DNA of 64,000 nucleotides from assembly GCF_009914755.1 (NCBI RefSeq), contig NC_060929.1; one strand, given 5' to 3'. Below are positions 28,365 to 46,927 of the stretch, one piece after another (position 1 is the stretch's first letter; each line of letters opens with the position of its first letter). The stretch comes from the human T2T-CHM13v2.0 reference genome, Homo sapiens. Made by a program: the position numbers and the translations under genes. The notes below the pieces were generated by a model. It was not told the origin of the DNA. It ran no database searches and saw nothing but the letters and a program-made list of their open reading frames with translations.

Positions 28365-31300
28365 GAAAAATACATTTTAGGACTTTATTACCGTTAATAT
28401 GAAAATTAGGTTTCTAGACACTTCTGAATATGTATGGTAAAATAAAATAATATAAAATAATATAAAATTTTCTAAGTTTAAAATTAAAAATCTCTGGCTC
28501 TTAAACATACTTTAGTGTTCTTCATGCCTTGGAGGTCATGGCTCTGCTGGCAAGCACTACAGTTTTAGTTGTACTTACTCACAGTGGAGGGCTACAGTGC
28601 TAAAAATGTCAACTGTTCTCATTCATTGCTCATCGGCATGAGTGGAACTCTCTGGAGGTCCATGTGTCTTCCATTTTTAACACTCTTTTCCCAAATGAGT
28701 AAATAAGGCTGACTATATCTTTTGCTCATATCTACATCAAACCTACCCAGAGATATGTTTTATGTTATACATTTCATAAAATAATTGTATGAAATAATAA
28801 TTAATCATTCATATATTTAAATTTGGTGTAATTTAATGTTTTACAAATTATCAATTATAATGTAATACACCATCATTTATTGAGACAGAAGGAACTACCA
28901 AATGTGACATCAAGATGAACAAAAACAACCTAATTTGCCACAGTTTTACTTTGCTGGTATTTTAAAAGCCAGATGACCTAAGAATACATACATTTGCTTA
29001 TCTCACAAAGACATAATCACACTGTCATCCGTATGTGAACCACAAAAGATGGATAGTATAATGTGTGCTTCAAATGGATTCATTAATTATCAAAATAGAT
29101 AAGTGTTTCATCAGGTATATACAGCAGATAACATTTATCTTTTCACATAGAAGAAAAAGATTAAAGTAATTCTTCTATACATATTGGGAAGAAAAGAGCC
29201 TGCTCTACTGGGACTTTCATAATGTGACACTAGATAATATGCTTTGCCAGAGATGGTAAAGTTACACAAACACGATACAGATGACTTATTTCACATCAAC
29301 TAGAGCAGCTGAATGCTGGAGGAAAGCCATTCATTCCCACCATAAATATTACACAACATTTATTTTGTGTCTTAATAAACATGTAGTCACCTTAGAAATC
29401 TCACATTTGAGAGAGTTTTAAAAATCTGCCATGCCTTTTATAAATTGCAGAACATTCCCCTAAGATAGGGGTTGCCAATGGCAATGGGAGAGTAAAATGC
29501 AACACATCTGATCTCAGTGGCAACTGTTGTTATATAGGGCATTGGACTGATAAGGATGGGCACCATCAATACCAATATTTAGTGATTCTTTCTGTGTATG
29601 AAGGGTGATAGGTAAACAAATAAGCATTATTTTCTGAAAATTTAACTGTAGTTATTAAAATCATTATATTGTTTCATTATTTTCTTAAGTCAACTTTTGC
29701 TTTTTTCATAAAGTGTTTAAAACTTAAGAATTCTAACCATTTAAGTATGTTTAAATACATCTGAAAGGAGAATAATAATATTCTTTATTTGTTAATAGTT
29801 ATGGTCAGAAATAGTTAATTTGGGGTAAAATGAGCCTAACAAGATAAATGGAAGTGAAATTTATTTTCTGCTTGAAAACAGACTGATGTTATTTAACACA
29901 ATGCATGATCACAACATATTTCATATGAATTGCTAAGCTCATTGATAAAATAGATTTTGTGAATATATTCATTTGCCTTCACCTGAGCAGCCTTAAATTG
30001 CTCAATTCTTGATGAATACATGCCTCTTGATTATATCTGTTCCATATTTCACATTTGTTAGTTAAGGAGCACCCAGATCACATGACCAAGCATTTCTCTA
30101 ATCCCTTAAGTGCCTTTACTTTGGGACTACAAATATTTTGCAATGTTTTCTAACAAGTTATAAACAAATTTCATGTGTAAGAATTGTATGAACCTATTTA
30201 TGTAATTTTGAATCAGCTTTATCTTTTGTAATATATTATAAAATACTGTATTATATTATTTGTTTCTGTCATTTCCTAACTGTAAGTGATCTTATTATAC
30301 AAGCACCCTATAGGAATGCTCTCTGTGAAAGCTGAAAAAATTTTTTTCTTTCCCTATTAGTTTTTAAATATCTGATAGATGCAAGTTTTGTGTGCTTGTG
30401 GCATTTAGTTTAACCACATTATCTCACTGTCAGATTTACACTTATAAAATTCTATGCAATCAAGTAAGTTCTTTTAAACTTAGTGTATATTGTGATATTG
30501 ATCATGCCAAACATTTTGAATTGTAACACCTTTGACTAGGTAATGTACCATTCTCCACATGCAGTTCACTGAATAATGTATTGCTGCTTAGGGTGGAGAC
30601 ACATGAAATAACTCAGTTGTTGCTAAACTACTTAAATGCACTTTGCCAACCTGAGTGAAACAAATGTGTAGGGATATTAAAAGGAAAATACCAGAAATGA
30701 AAGCAGTCAGATTTGTGTGTTGTTTAATTTTAACTGCACTCCACTAGCAGAATTCAAGTTTGCCCTTTTGAATCATTATCAATTCATTTGAGGACTCATA
30801 TAAACATTGATAAATGGCTCCAGGGAAACATAAATGGCAAGAATGCTCAGAACAGGAATAGAGACTTAGGCCACTGTTTTGGGAAGACAAAGCTTTTCTT
30901 GCAAATGTTGTGCTGACAGTTTGTGTTCCTATAGATTCTTACAAATGATTTAATGGCATTAAAAAATAAAGATAAATTAACTAGGTTAAAGAAAGGAAAG
31001 GCAGTTACTCTTTTGCTTATTTTGCTAAAGCTGAGATAGTATTTTTAAAAATATGATCTTAAAGTTGTAGGACTTTAAGTGCATAATTGTTATTGGGAAC
31101 TAGAAAAACAATTATACAAAAATTAAATAATTTTTGAACAATTCTGTGGATAACCAGATATATTTTGTTCAATGCTAACAATCTCCTCCAGATAAAAATT
31201 AGTTGTGGTTTACCCACCAAATAGGATTTCCCATGTTGAACTAAGTTTAACTGAAAAAGTTCAAAAGCCAATTTTGTGAATAATATTTTTAGAAGACTAC

Positions 31301-32216
31301 TTAAAATAATTTTTATAATAAATAATATAAAATAATATAACAATTAAGATAATTTGCTTTAAAATAATCTTTCTAAAACCATTAAAACTGTTTTTCAATT
31401 TTTATCCTTTTAAAACATCAGGTATACTCTTTTTATCCATGTGTGCTTAGCTATTTTAGTTCTAATCCACGGGTTAATGTGCATAAGGTTGTGAAGATTT
31501 ATAAGATGTGGACAGTTATTGTATTGATTAAAATGCATATTTTTCCAAAGCAAGTATATACTTTCACTTTAAAAGTCAATGTAAATAACAAGTTAGTATT
31601 CAATTTACTAATTATGTTAGACTTAGCTTGTTGCAGATTTGAGTGACAGCCGTTTTTCTGATTCTGTCTCCTCTACCCTCACTCCAGATTAGAACTGGCA
31701 CTTTCCCCTATGCAAATGAACATCTAATTAGAGACACCTCCCAGTCAATAAGCCACTTTCTTATCACCAGTTATATTACCTGACAAGCCCTTTCTCTGCA
31801 GTCTTGGCCCACCAAGAATCTTCATTCATTTTCTCTTCTTCTTCTCTGCAAAGTGAACTGATCCCGCATAATCCCTGGAATAATGTAGCTTCTCTTGTGG
31901 AAGAGCAGCTTCCCTCGCCCCCTTTTACATCAAGCTAATGGAGCCAGTAGGTATCCTATTGATCTTTTCTCTATATGGTTTCCACAAGGATTTGACAGAC
32001 TTCCTTACAGGTTAAACATCCAGGCTTTCTGAAGTGGCTATAAAGCTTTGTTTTTGATTTTTCTAACTTTTTTTTTTGAAACCCTTGCTCATCTGTAATC
32101 TTTAAAAGCTCAGTTGATGCCATGCACAGCAAAGCCTTATTTCTTTGCAGAACTAATCTCGACACTGTCTAGTGTTGAGTACAGTTGTCTGATTCAAATC
32201 TTCTGTTACAAAGCAG

Positions 32217-32238
32217 ATGACATCTAGCTAGATGTCAT
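32217..32238. repeat. Perfect 22-bp palindrome ATGACATCTAGCTAGATGTCAT
   Basis: Equal to its own reverse complement, checked base by base. Confidence 0.95.
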
Positions 32239-33779
32239 GAGAAGAGCCTAACAATGACAATTCACTTATCCCTTAGAAAGAATCAATTCTCCCACAATGC
32301 ATCTGTCAGAGAACTCTCACTCAGTAAAAGCAATTTTTCTAGCTGTCTGACACTGTAATTGCTCTTAAATTTTCAATGAACGTTTTACAAGGACTCCCCT
32401 GAACCATGATGAAAAACTTAACTTTTTTCTAAAAATGAGAGGCTGACAGGATGAAAGAGGTCTTTCTCTTTAAAGCCTTGCTTGCTTGAGTAGGAATTCT
32501 TTCATATCATCAACAAGCTGTTGAATAGAGGATAGATTACTTTCCATTTATTTCATCAATCAGATTAAAGGCTCTCCTTCACAATGCCCTTTAAACAAGA
32601 GCTGTTTATGATGTCCTCCCAGGTTTGACTTTAATGTAGTATTAAATCACTATGGACAGTGGAGTCAGTAGAGAATATAAATATGACGAATATCTGACAA
32701 TATTTAAGTATTGTATATATTTGGGTCATTATCTTCATTCTTGCCACAAAAGAGATGTAAACAAAAAAGAAAAACAACCATAGATTTGCTATTCTTCAGT
32801 CTGAAAAAAATTCAACACAATTTTCCTGTATGTATCAGTAAGCAGAAATGCCAAGCATGCTAGTGATTTTTTTTCTCTCAGATCAGCAATTTAAAAAGAA
32901 AAAAGAAAGAAGTAGAGATCTGTTCATTTCTGTTTTACTCTAAATATGTGTTTACAAGCTTTAAAAATAGAACTCTGAGTTCATGCATTCTTTGCAAATT
33001 CAGACGAAAAGACTGAACTATAAGGTAGTTTGGATAATCCTCTATTTTTAGATTTTCCAAAACTAAAACAGGGCCAAAAAGCTGTTTATTATCAGCAACA
33101 TAATAATCTGTTCAAAGAGAGAGGTGGATGTGTCAATTAGGTTTAAATAATTGCTTTAATATGTAAGTGTATATGAATGTATTTGCTGAGTAAATTTTTT
33201 TAAAATAAATACATCCAAAGTTTCTGTTTTAGGTGTGTGGTAATATTACAACTGTTGTAAGATAAAAATAAAATTTAAATTTCAAACTCTAATATGAATT
33301 GCCCCGAATGAGAGGAAAAATTATTTATCATAATTGCAGAATTAAAAAAAAAATCTAACTGTGAAAGGGAGTTTCACAACCATCTTCTTTTATCTTTAAC
33401 CCTATATAAGCAGTTCCTGAACAACAGCTCTGGTATTTCTCCATCTTCCACTAGAATGCCTTCAAAAACTGGAATCTCACTATATTCCAGGGCAGTTTAT
33501 ATATTTTCACACAATTTTATTTATCAGACAATATTTTGTTCAAACATTGAGTCCAAATATTCATTCCGTGATATATTACCATTGATCTATAAGCTATTGT
33601 TTTTACATAAACTAAAACATTAAATATATACATTTTAAAATGTGTGATTTGAAACAATGAGTATTCAAGTATTGAGACAATTAATTTTTTGGAGATAATT
33701 CTCTTGTCCTCTCCACCTTCTTTCTTGGAGGCTAATCTCTGTCAATTCCTACAACACTAATTCATGTAGTCATTACAAG

Positions 33780-33781
<2 letters not shown>

Positions 33782-33810
<29 letters not shown>

Positions 33811-33964
33811 AGACAGGGTCTTGCTATGTTTCCCAGGCTGGAATGCAGTGGCTATTCACAGTCAGTCATAGTGCACTGCAGCTCTGAACTCCTGGGCCCA
33901 GGCAGTACTCATCCCTCATCCTCCTAAGTAACCAGGCCTACAGGTGAGCACCACCACGTCTTGC
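33782..33964 (-). mobile_element. FAM (fossil Alu monomer)
   Basis: Monomer with 7SL-derived gcagtggctattcacag segment and poly(T); flanks gtcattacaaga / gtcattgcaaca. Confidence 0.8.
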
Positions 33965-33997
33965 TGTCATTGCAACAGTTTAATAAAAACAAGTCCC

Positions 33998-34530
<533 letters not shown>

Positions 34531-35859
34531 CATTAGTCCTTTTTGTGCCACTCTCTTTTTTCTGTTTACCTTCTGAATTTATTTTCCTCTAAAATGGGGA
34601 ACCATAAAAGTAGAAGCAGGAAAGTAGTTAAGGTAGTGCTGTGGTTCAGACAACAGCTATGATGGCCATGATCAAAATGGTAGCAGTGGATATGAAGTCT
34701 GAAGATGAGCAAATTTCATATTTATATCAATCTATGAATATATTTTCTCTTTCTTTCTTCATTCCTTCCTCCCTTTTTCGTTCTCTCCTTCCCTCCGTCT
34801 TTTCTTTCATAGTCACTTGCACTCCTGCATATTTTTGTTAGTTTGCTCTTCCTATCATAAACATGCCATGCATTATGACATCTGAGTCATTGATAAAATG
34901 TTTGCAATAGGTAAGGTTGAAAACTGCACTCTTCAACATTTCACTTGAAGACTTTCCTTCTGGCCATGATCATTCTATTAATTGGCCATCTTTCTGTCAG
35001 TAACCAATTCCCCTGGATAAAATAGTCATCAAGTCCACTTTCCTCAACTTGTCAACAAGAATCTCATTAAAGCCTTTATCAGATGCCCGTATTTCATATA
35101 CTTAGTGGATGGCATTATCTTAATCAACCCTTTAGGACATACCAGAGAGTGTGGCAAATTTGGTGTGTTTTTTTATTGCTTTAAAAGAAAACTTTTGTTT
35201 CTTATTTTTAAAATCTTATTCAAGGTATAACTTGTATAGACATGAGCCATTAGTTCCTGTCTGCTTTTAGTTAATCATGTGATTTGTACTGTCTGCACAT
35301 GCCTTTTTTAAAAAATCTGAATTTATCTCAGAGACTCTTAGGCATTGATCTCTTCATGGGGAATTGGAGGTGGAGGAGTAATTTTCAGAAATGGAGTGAG
35401 AATTTTCTTCTTGAAAACCTCCTTAATTTCAGGAAATACGTTTCTGTTTAGTGTCTCATTTCATAAGTTCATATGTTTATTTCATTTTTCTATTTACCCT
35501 GGATTCTGATCATGCTTGGAGAAACCACTTGGGGTAAAGAACTCATTCAATTTTATTTCCCTTCCCTTAATTTGTTCTGTTCCTCACTGATTCCAGAGTT
35601 TCAGCTGAGATCTCCCTATTTCCTGTACTAACACTTACCAAGTTACATACATATACCTGTCTAAGACTCATTCTGCCATGTTTTGCTATGGCCACCATGT
35701 TTCTTATTCTCTGAGGTACTTGTTTCATTGATTATTCTCCCTCTCACTCTCTCTCTGTCTATAAGCTCCTACTTGCTACTTTGCTCTTAGTAAGTAAACT
35801 TACCTAAGTCTCTACCATTAATAATATACAAAACCTGCACAACGAAATGTCCACTCTCC

Positions 35860-39850
<3,991 letters not shown>

Positions 39851-39855
39851 TTTCA

Positions 39856-41733
39856 TTTTTTTTTTTTAGGTTTTTATTTTAAGTTCAAGTGTACATGTAC
39901 AGATTTGTTATATAGGTAAATCACATGTCGTGAGGGTTTTCTGTACAGATTATTTTGTCACCCAGGTGATAAGCATAGTACCCAATAGGTAGTTTTTTCT
40001 TTTTTTTTTTTTTAATTATACGTAAGTTCTGGGATACATGGACAGGACGTGCAGGTTTGTTACATAGGTATACATGTGCCATGGTGATTTGTGACACCCA
40101 TCAACCTGTCATCGAGGTTTTAAGCCCCACATGCATCAGGTATTTGTCCTAATGCTCTCCCTCCCCTTGCCCCCCACCCCCGACAGGCCCCAGTGTGAGA
40201 TGTTCCCCTCCCTGTGTCCATGTGTTCTCACTGTTCAACTCCCACTTATGAGTGAGAACATGCAGTGTTTGGTTTTCTGTTCCTGTGTTAGTTTGCTGAG
40301 AGTGATGGTTTCCAGCTTCATCCATCCAAAGGACATGAACTCATCCTTTTTATGGCTGCATAGTATTCCGTGGTGTCTATATGACACATTTTCTTTATCC
40401 AGTCTATCACTGATGGGCATTTGGGTTGGTTCCAAGTCTTTGCTATTGTAACTAGTGCTGCAATAAACATACATGTGCATGGGTCTTTATAGTAGCATGA
40501 TTTATAATCCTTTGGGTATACACCCAGTAATGGGATTGCTGGATCAAATAGTATTTCTGGTTCTAGATCCTTGAGGAATTGCCGCATTGTCTTACACAAT
40601 GATTGAAATAATTTACACTCCCACCAGCAGTGTAAAACGTTCCTATTTCTCCACATCCTCTCCAGCATCTGTTGTGTCCTGACTTTTTAGTGATCACCAT
40701 TCTAATTGGCATGAGATGGTATCTCATTGTGGTTTTGATTTGCATTTCTGTAATGACCAGTGATGATGGACTTTTTTTCATATGCTAGTTGGCCGCATAA
40801 ATGTCTTCTTTTGAGAAGTGTCTGTTCATATCCTTTGCCCATTTTTTGATGAGGTTGTTTGTTTTTTTCTTGTAAATTTATTTAAGTTCCTTGTAGATTC
40901 TGGATATTAGACCTTTGTCAGATGGCTAGATTGCAAATATTTTCTCCCATTCAGTAGGTTGTCTGTTCACTCTGATGATGGTTTCTTTTGCTGTGTAGAG
41001 CTCTTCAGTTTAATTAGATCCCATTTGTCAATTTTGGCTTTTGTTGCAATTCTCTTGGCATTTCATCATGAAGTCTTTGCCTTTGCCTATGTCCTGAATG
41101 GTATTGCCTAGGTTTTCTACTAGAGTTTTAACGGTTTTGGATTTTATGTTTAAGTCTTTAATCCATCTTGAGTTAATTTTTGTATAAGTTGTATGGAAGG
41201 GCTCCAGTTTCATTTTTCTGCATATGGCTTGCCAGTTTTCCCAGCATCATTTCTAAAATAGGGAATCCTTTCCCCATTGCTTGTTTTTGTCAGGTTTGTT
41301 GAAGATCAGATGGTTGTAGATTTGTGGTGTCCTTTCTGAGTCCTCTGTTCTGTTCCACTGGGCTATATATCCCTTTTGGTACCAGTACCAGGCTGCTTTG
41401 GTTACTGCAGCCTTGTAGTATAGTTTGAAGTCAGGTAGTGTGATGCCTCCAGTTTGTTCTTTTTGCTTAGGATTGTCTTGGCTATATGGGCTGTTTGGTT
41501 CCATATGAAATTTAAAGTAGTTTTTTCTAATTCTGTGAAGGAAGTCAATGGTAGTTTGATAGGAATAGCATTGAATCTATAAATTATTTTGGGCAGTATG
41601 GCCATTTTCATGATATTGATTCTTCTTATCCATGAGCATGGATTTTTTTTCCCCAATAGATAGTTTTTCAATTATTATCTTCCTTCCACACTGCACTCTC
41701 AAGTAGGCCACGGTATCTATTGTTCCCTTCTTT
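39856..41733 (-). mobile_element. Older L1PA15/16-like 3' fragment (39856-39997 and 41669-41733) split by a younger L1
   Basis: gattattttgtcacccaggtgataagcatagtacccaatagg continues as ...ctcaagtaggccacggtatctattgttccc after the insert. Confidence 0.8.
39998..41651 (-). mobile_element. 5'-truncated LINE-1, L1PA8-like
   Basis: Diagnostic aggttttaagccccacatgcatcagg 3'UTR; ORF2 fragments; 17-bp TSD. Confidence 0.93.
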
Positions 41734-42049
41734 AGATATTACCTGATTTTGTTTCCATCAGAACATTTACAAGACAGATGTTTAAAATTGTTAGTTCAGT
41801 GTTAATTTCCATAGATAGAATATAACTTTCATGAAATTGGAAACCTTGTCTGTCTTCTTCGACACTGTCTCTAAATCCTACAGCAGTGGCACACAGTAGG
41901 TATTCAAAATTTTACTTTTTACTAAATGCATGATTTTTTTGTTGACCATTCTGATTGGTTAATAGCAGTTTTCATTTTTCCCTTCCTTGGCATTCTAACT
42001 GGCATTGCCATGGTTTGGACTCCATTTCCACACACACTATATCTCCTGG

Positions 42050-43330
42050 TACAATCTCACAGATCATTAAGGTTTTGTTTCCATTTTCAGTCCTCTATTT
42101 GCATTTTCTTTTGTATCATATTTATATGTCTGTCTTACAATATCATGAATTCTGTGTGTTTGTGTGTACATTTGCTATTAAACCCATCTAATAATTTTTA
42201 AGTTGAGATATATATATTATATTATGTATATTTTATATATAGGGTTCTAGGATTTCCATTTGCTTCTTACTTACAGTTTTCATATCTCCCTGAAGTTTAC
42301 TATCTCTTCACTCATTATATCCATCTTTTCCAGAAGATTATTTAATAGATTCATCATATGTATTACAAAATCTTGTCTGCTAATCTCAACGTCTTGGTTA
42401 TAATTTCAACATTGTGACTTCTGGGTCTGCTCCTTTTTCCACCCTTCCCCTTATCCTACTCTGATCTGTGGGGTAAATTTCTGTTTTGTTCCTAAGTCTA
42501 GTATTTTTGGATTTTATACTGAGTATTGTAAATGAGAGACTGAAGAAACTGAATTCTCTTATCTTCCTTTGAAAAATAGTAAATTTTGTTTTAGCAGGTC
42601 ATTAAATTACTGGGTACATAAATTTAATATTATGAAGGCTTGCTTTAGGCGTTATTACAGTTGAGTCTATTTCAGTTGTGCCCTTACCTCTAGACAAATT
42701 TCCTTAGTTTGGGGATTTGGTCTTTATTCTTTATTTATGGCCTTTTCAGAGTTAAATGTAAAACCATCTTTATCATTCTCCTCTAACTTAGTGAAATTTT
42801 AAGTCTAAATTCTGTCTTCTCAGAAGCAGGCAATTTTTGAAATGTCATCTCAGCTCTTTCAACCTTCCAGCTATTGTATTCTGTGGTGCTTGGAGTCTCA
42901 TCCATGCATAGATCATTCAGGAATCAGCTTTTGAATTGAAGAGAATTTTTTTTCTTTCCTTTTTTTTTTTTCATATCTATTCCTTCTTTGTGCCTATCTC
43001 TTTTCTGTCATTGCCCTTTTCATTTTCCTGCCATCCTAGCTACCCTAAATTCCACTTTCTGTTTCCTCATACTTTTTCTGTATGCGATATGAACTAGTAG
43101 TGGCCCTGTGACCCCAAAAAATGTGTAAGCCTGCATCTCACCTAAATTATTCCCCCTTTTCCAGGGTCACATTATGTCCAGTTTCTGTTTACTGTTGATT
43201 AAATTTCAGTGCCTATAGTTTTTTTTAAACATATTTTGCCAAAGTTTCTCATATTTTCAATGGAATGTTTACTATAATACAGACTACTTTTACATTACCC
43301 TATTACTGGTTTATTAAATATGTGATTTGT
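42050..43330 (-). mobile_element. Ancient L1M fragment
   Basis: T-rich antisense L1M (ttctaggatttccatttg, tcttgtctgctaatctcaac). Confidence 0.55.
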
Positions 43331-43384
43331 AGCAATTGTAACTTATCAGGAATTGCTTTTAGTTCATTATTTTTATATTATTAA

Positions 43385-43985
<601 letters not shown>

Positions 43986-45264
43986 TATCAAATTTTAGCA
44001 GGAAAATAAATTTCTTGCTTCTGATCTAGATTAGAAACATAGATAAAAGTGTCTTTGGTAGGAATTACTTCCAGTTTTGCCCAAATAATCAGCACGTAGT
44101 TGATCTGGAAAGAGACAGTAAGGAGCTGATAAAAAGCTAGTGTTAACATACCTTCCAATTTAAAAAAGTCTTTGCTAATAGTATTAGTTGTAAACTACCC
44201 ATTTGAGTCAGGTAGTTTGTCTATATTACTTTATTTTTCCTGACAATGATTGGGGTTTAAATAGACTAGGTATGTGGAACTAAGTTCAATAAATTCTGCT
44301 GAGCTCTCCAGTCTGAAGTCATTAATTTGTCACTCAGTGAGCTCTTGTCTGTTGTATTAGCATTATAGCCTGTGACTTTATGTTCTGTAGTTATTATTGT
44401 CTCTTTTCTTAGGTGAGGTCTAATCTAACTGAACAATCTCGGTTGAACATTTTAAATCAGTAATGTTAGAGCATCCCTACAATAAACATTTCCAATTGTG
44501 AACACTAATAACAAGTATTTAGGGATCTTTGATAAACTTCTGTTTATGATCTTTTATTTATTATGGGGTGAATATTGTTTCTGAGAAGTCCTTTTGAAAA
44601 TGGAATGTGTTTTTGTGTTTTTAAATTTCCAGAGAAGATTCTCGGTGCATTTATGTTAGGGCACTTTCCAAAGTCAATCAGGAACATTCTAGAAATGAAA
44701 AATGTTTAAGTACAAATCCCCTCATATTACTGTTTAAAAACCCCCACAAAACTGCAGACCACGCAATTAGAATGTTGCAGCCCTTAAAATATGAGGCCAT
44801 ATTTCTACTACAGTTAATTGATTTTACATCTGGCATGTTAAAAAAATTTATGAATTTTTTTGAATAGTGTCTTTGTTTATACTTTAAAGGCTGAAAATGA
44901 ATTCTCTATATCATCCTTGAGCAGAAATAATCTGCTTTAAAAATGTAATGTGACTTTAAAAGTAAATCTGAATAAGTATTTCATAAGCTGCTGAATAGGA
45001 ATGATTTCTTTAAAATGCATGGAGAGTTTTGGAAATCTCTCATGTATAGAAAAATAACAGTAATTTATAACAATTAATTAACAAATTATGAGAAGAAAAA
45101 AAACAGTGGCAAGTGTTTAAAAGAAAAATGACATTTAAGTGTATTTAAAAGTATTAAAAAAATAAGAATTCACATTTATAATCAGTCAAATACCTCTCTT
45201 TTAGATAAGCAGAGAAGGAAAAGGAGAGAGAAAGGGCTAACATGTATTAAGTAGCATGTACATA

Positions 45265-45545
45265 GTAATAATAGCTAATAATTATTGAGCTCTTATTATG
45301 GGACAAGTGCTGCTCTAAACAGTTAACATGCATTTATTATTTTAATCCTCACAAATACTCTATGAAGTCACTTGATTATTATCCTCACTTCTCAGATGAA
45401 AACAAACAAACAAACAAAGCTGAGATGCAAAGAGGTTCAGTACTTGCCCAAAGTCATATGCGAAGATGTGGTAGAACTGGGATTCACACCCAGGCAGTCT
45501 GGCTCCAGAGAGTGTGCACTTAAACCTTATGATATATGGCCTCTT
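45265..45545 (-). mobile_element. MIR SINE (near full length)
   Basis: tttaatcctcacaa...tacttgcccaaagtcat...ggattcacacccaggcagtctggctccagag. Confidence 0.85.
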
Positions 45546-46479
45546 CCAGTATTGAATGCTTACTCTGCTAAAACAGTTTTAAAGGATTTACATCCATTAT
45601 ATCTTTTAAATTCAATAGAAAAGAGGTAAAGCACGGACTCGCTGGACTATCTTACATCAATACATTAGTTAGCTGCCTATGTCTGTCAGGACTGCTACTC
45701 TGGCTTCTACCACAAAGTGATTAAGAGACAAGTAAGATATTTATGGAATGATAAGTTTCTGGTATTTCCTTATCAGGAACTTTTCCTGAATATGTATCTT
45801 GTGTAGTTTTAGCCAAAATATACAAAATATTTTCAAATGCCTCACCACTAAGAACTACCTTGCATTCTGCCGTAGAAATCAGGCCATCTTTATTTGGGGA
45901 AAAAATGTCTTTGGCTCAAAGAAACATACTGAAACCAGCTTTTTAATTTTTCTTGGCATTCTTTTAAAATTTACCTAAAGATGAGATTGAATGATTCACT
46001 GAGTAGTGATTGGATTATAATGCAACGTCTTTGCACAAAAAGTAGAATGTCTTTGATTAATTTACATTTTTTCCTAAGTCATTTATTTGGCTTGAATGTT
46101 CATTGGAACCATATATCATTAAGACAACTTATGAGTATTGGATGATATGTGCACACAGGTTTTTATAAAAACGTTTGTATATAAAAACTATGTTGACATA
46201 GTTAACATAGTTTATGTTATTTTCTGCCTTTAATGTTTTATAGATATGAAAAATATGTGATAGAGGAAGTTAAATGATCTTTTCAATAAATTACTCATTC
46301 TGAATAGTCCACAATTTTTACTTTAATGTTGTAAAGTTATAAGCCAGTGTGACAATCACTATTTGAGATGTAATTATGAGCAACATATTATATAGAAGAA
46401 GCGTATGTCTTAAACTGAGAATGATCAGAGAAGCATACTAATTGGAATTCAATCAGGAAAACAGAAACCATTATAAGGA

Positions 46480-46835
46480 AGTAGGAGCCATAGCAATAAT
46501 GAAGACAAAAATGATGACTATCTGAGTGAAGTCATTGGCAAATTAACTGAAGGAAAGAAAGATGAAAAAATACAAAGGAGAAATATTTGTCAGCATAATA
46601 CATGAATGATTCAGGGAAGGGCAAGGGCTTCTGGTTTGGCAGCTGAGCAGATGTTACCATTCACCAAGATAGGAACATAGGAGGAGAAACAGGCTAGGAA
46701 GGAGTGAGGAAGGAAACAGTTTGAATGTGAGTCTCTGTCTTTTTGGTCATCTGTATAGACAAGCACAATAGGTAGATAAATATCTGGATATGGAGCCAAA
46801 CCAGGAGATAGGTTAAGAGCCAAAATTATGGATAA
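46480..46835 (-). mobile_element. L2 fragment
   Basis: ggcttctggtttggcagctgagcagatgttaccattcaccaagataggaaca. Confidence 0.6.
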
Positions 46836-46838
46836 AAT

Positions 46839-46895
46839 GAATCAGTTAGGGTTCTCCAGAGAGAAACAGAACCAATTGTGTGTGTGTGTGTGTGC

Positions 46896-46927
<32 letters not shown>

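Noticed and set aside
28440-28468. (AATAATATAA)n short tandem, with a similar unit at ~31315-31340
   Set aside because: AT-only low-complexity sequence; recurrence is unsurprising.
46187-46213. Short inverted and direct repeats aactatgt-tg-acatagtt
   Set aside because: 8-bp AT-rich arms are within chance expectation.
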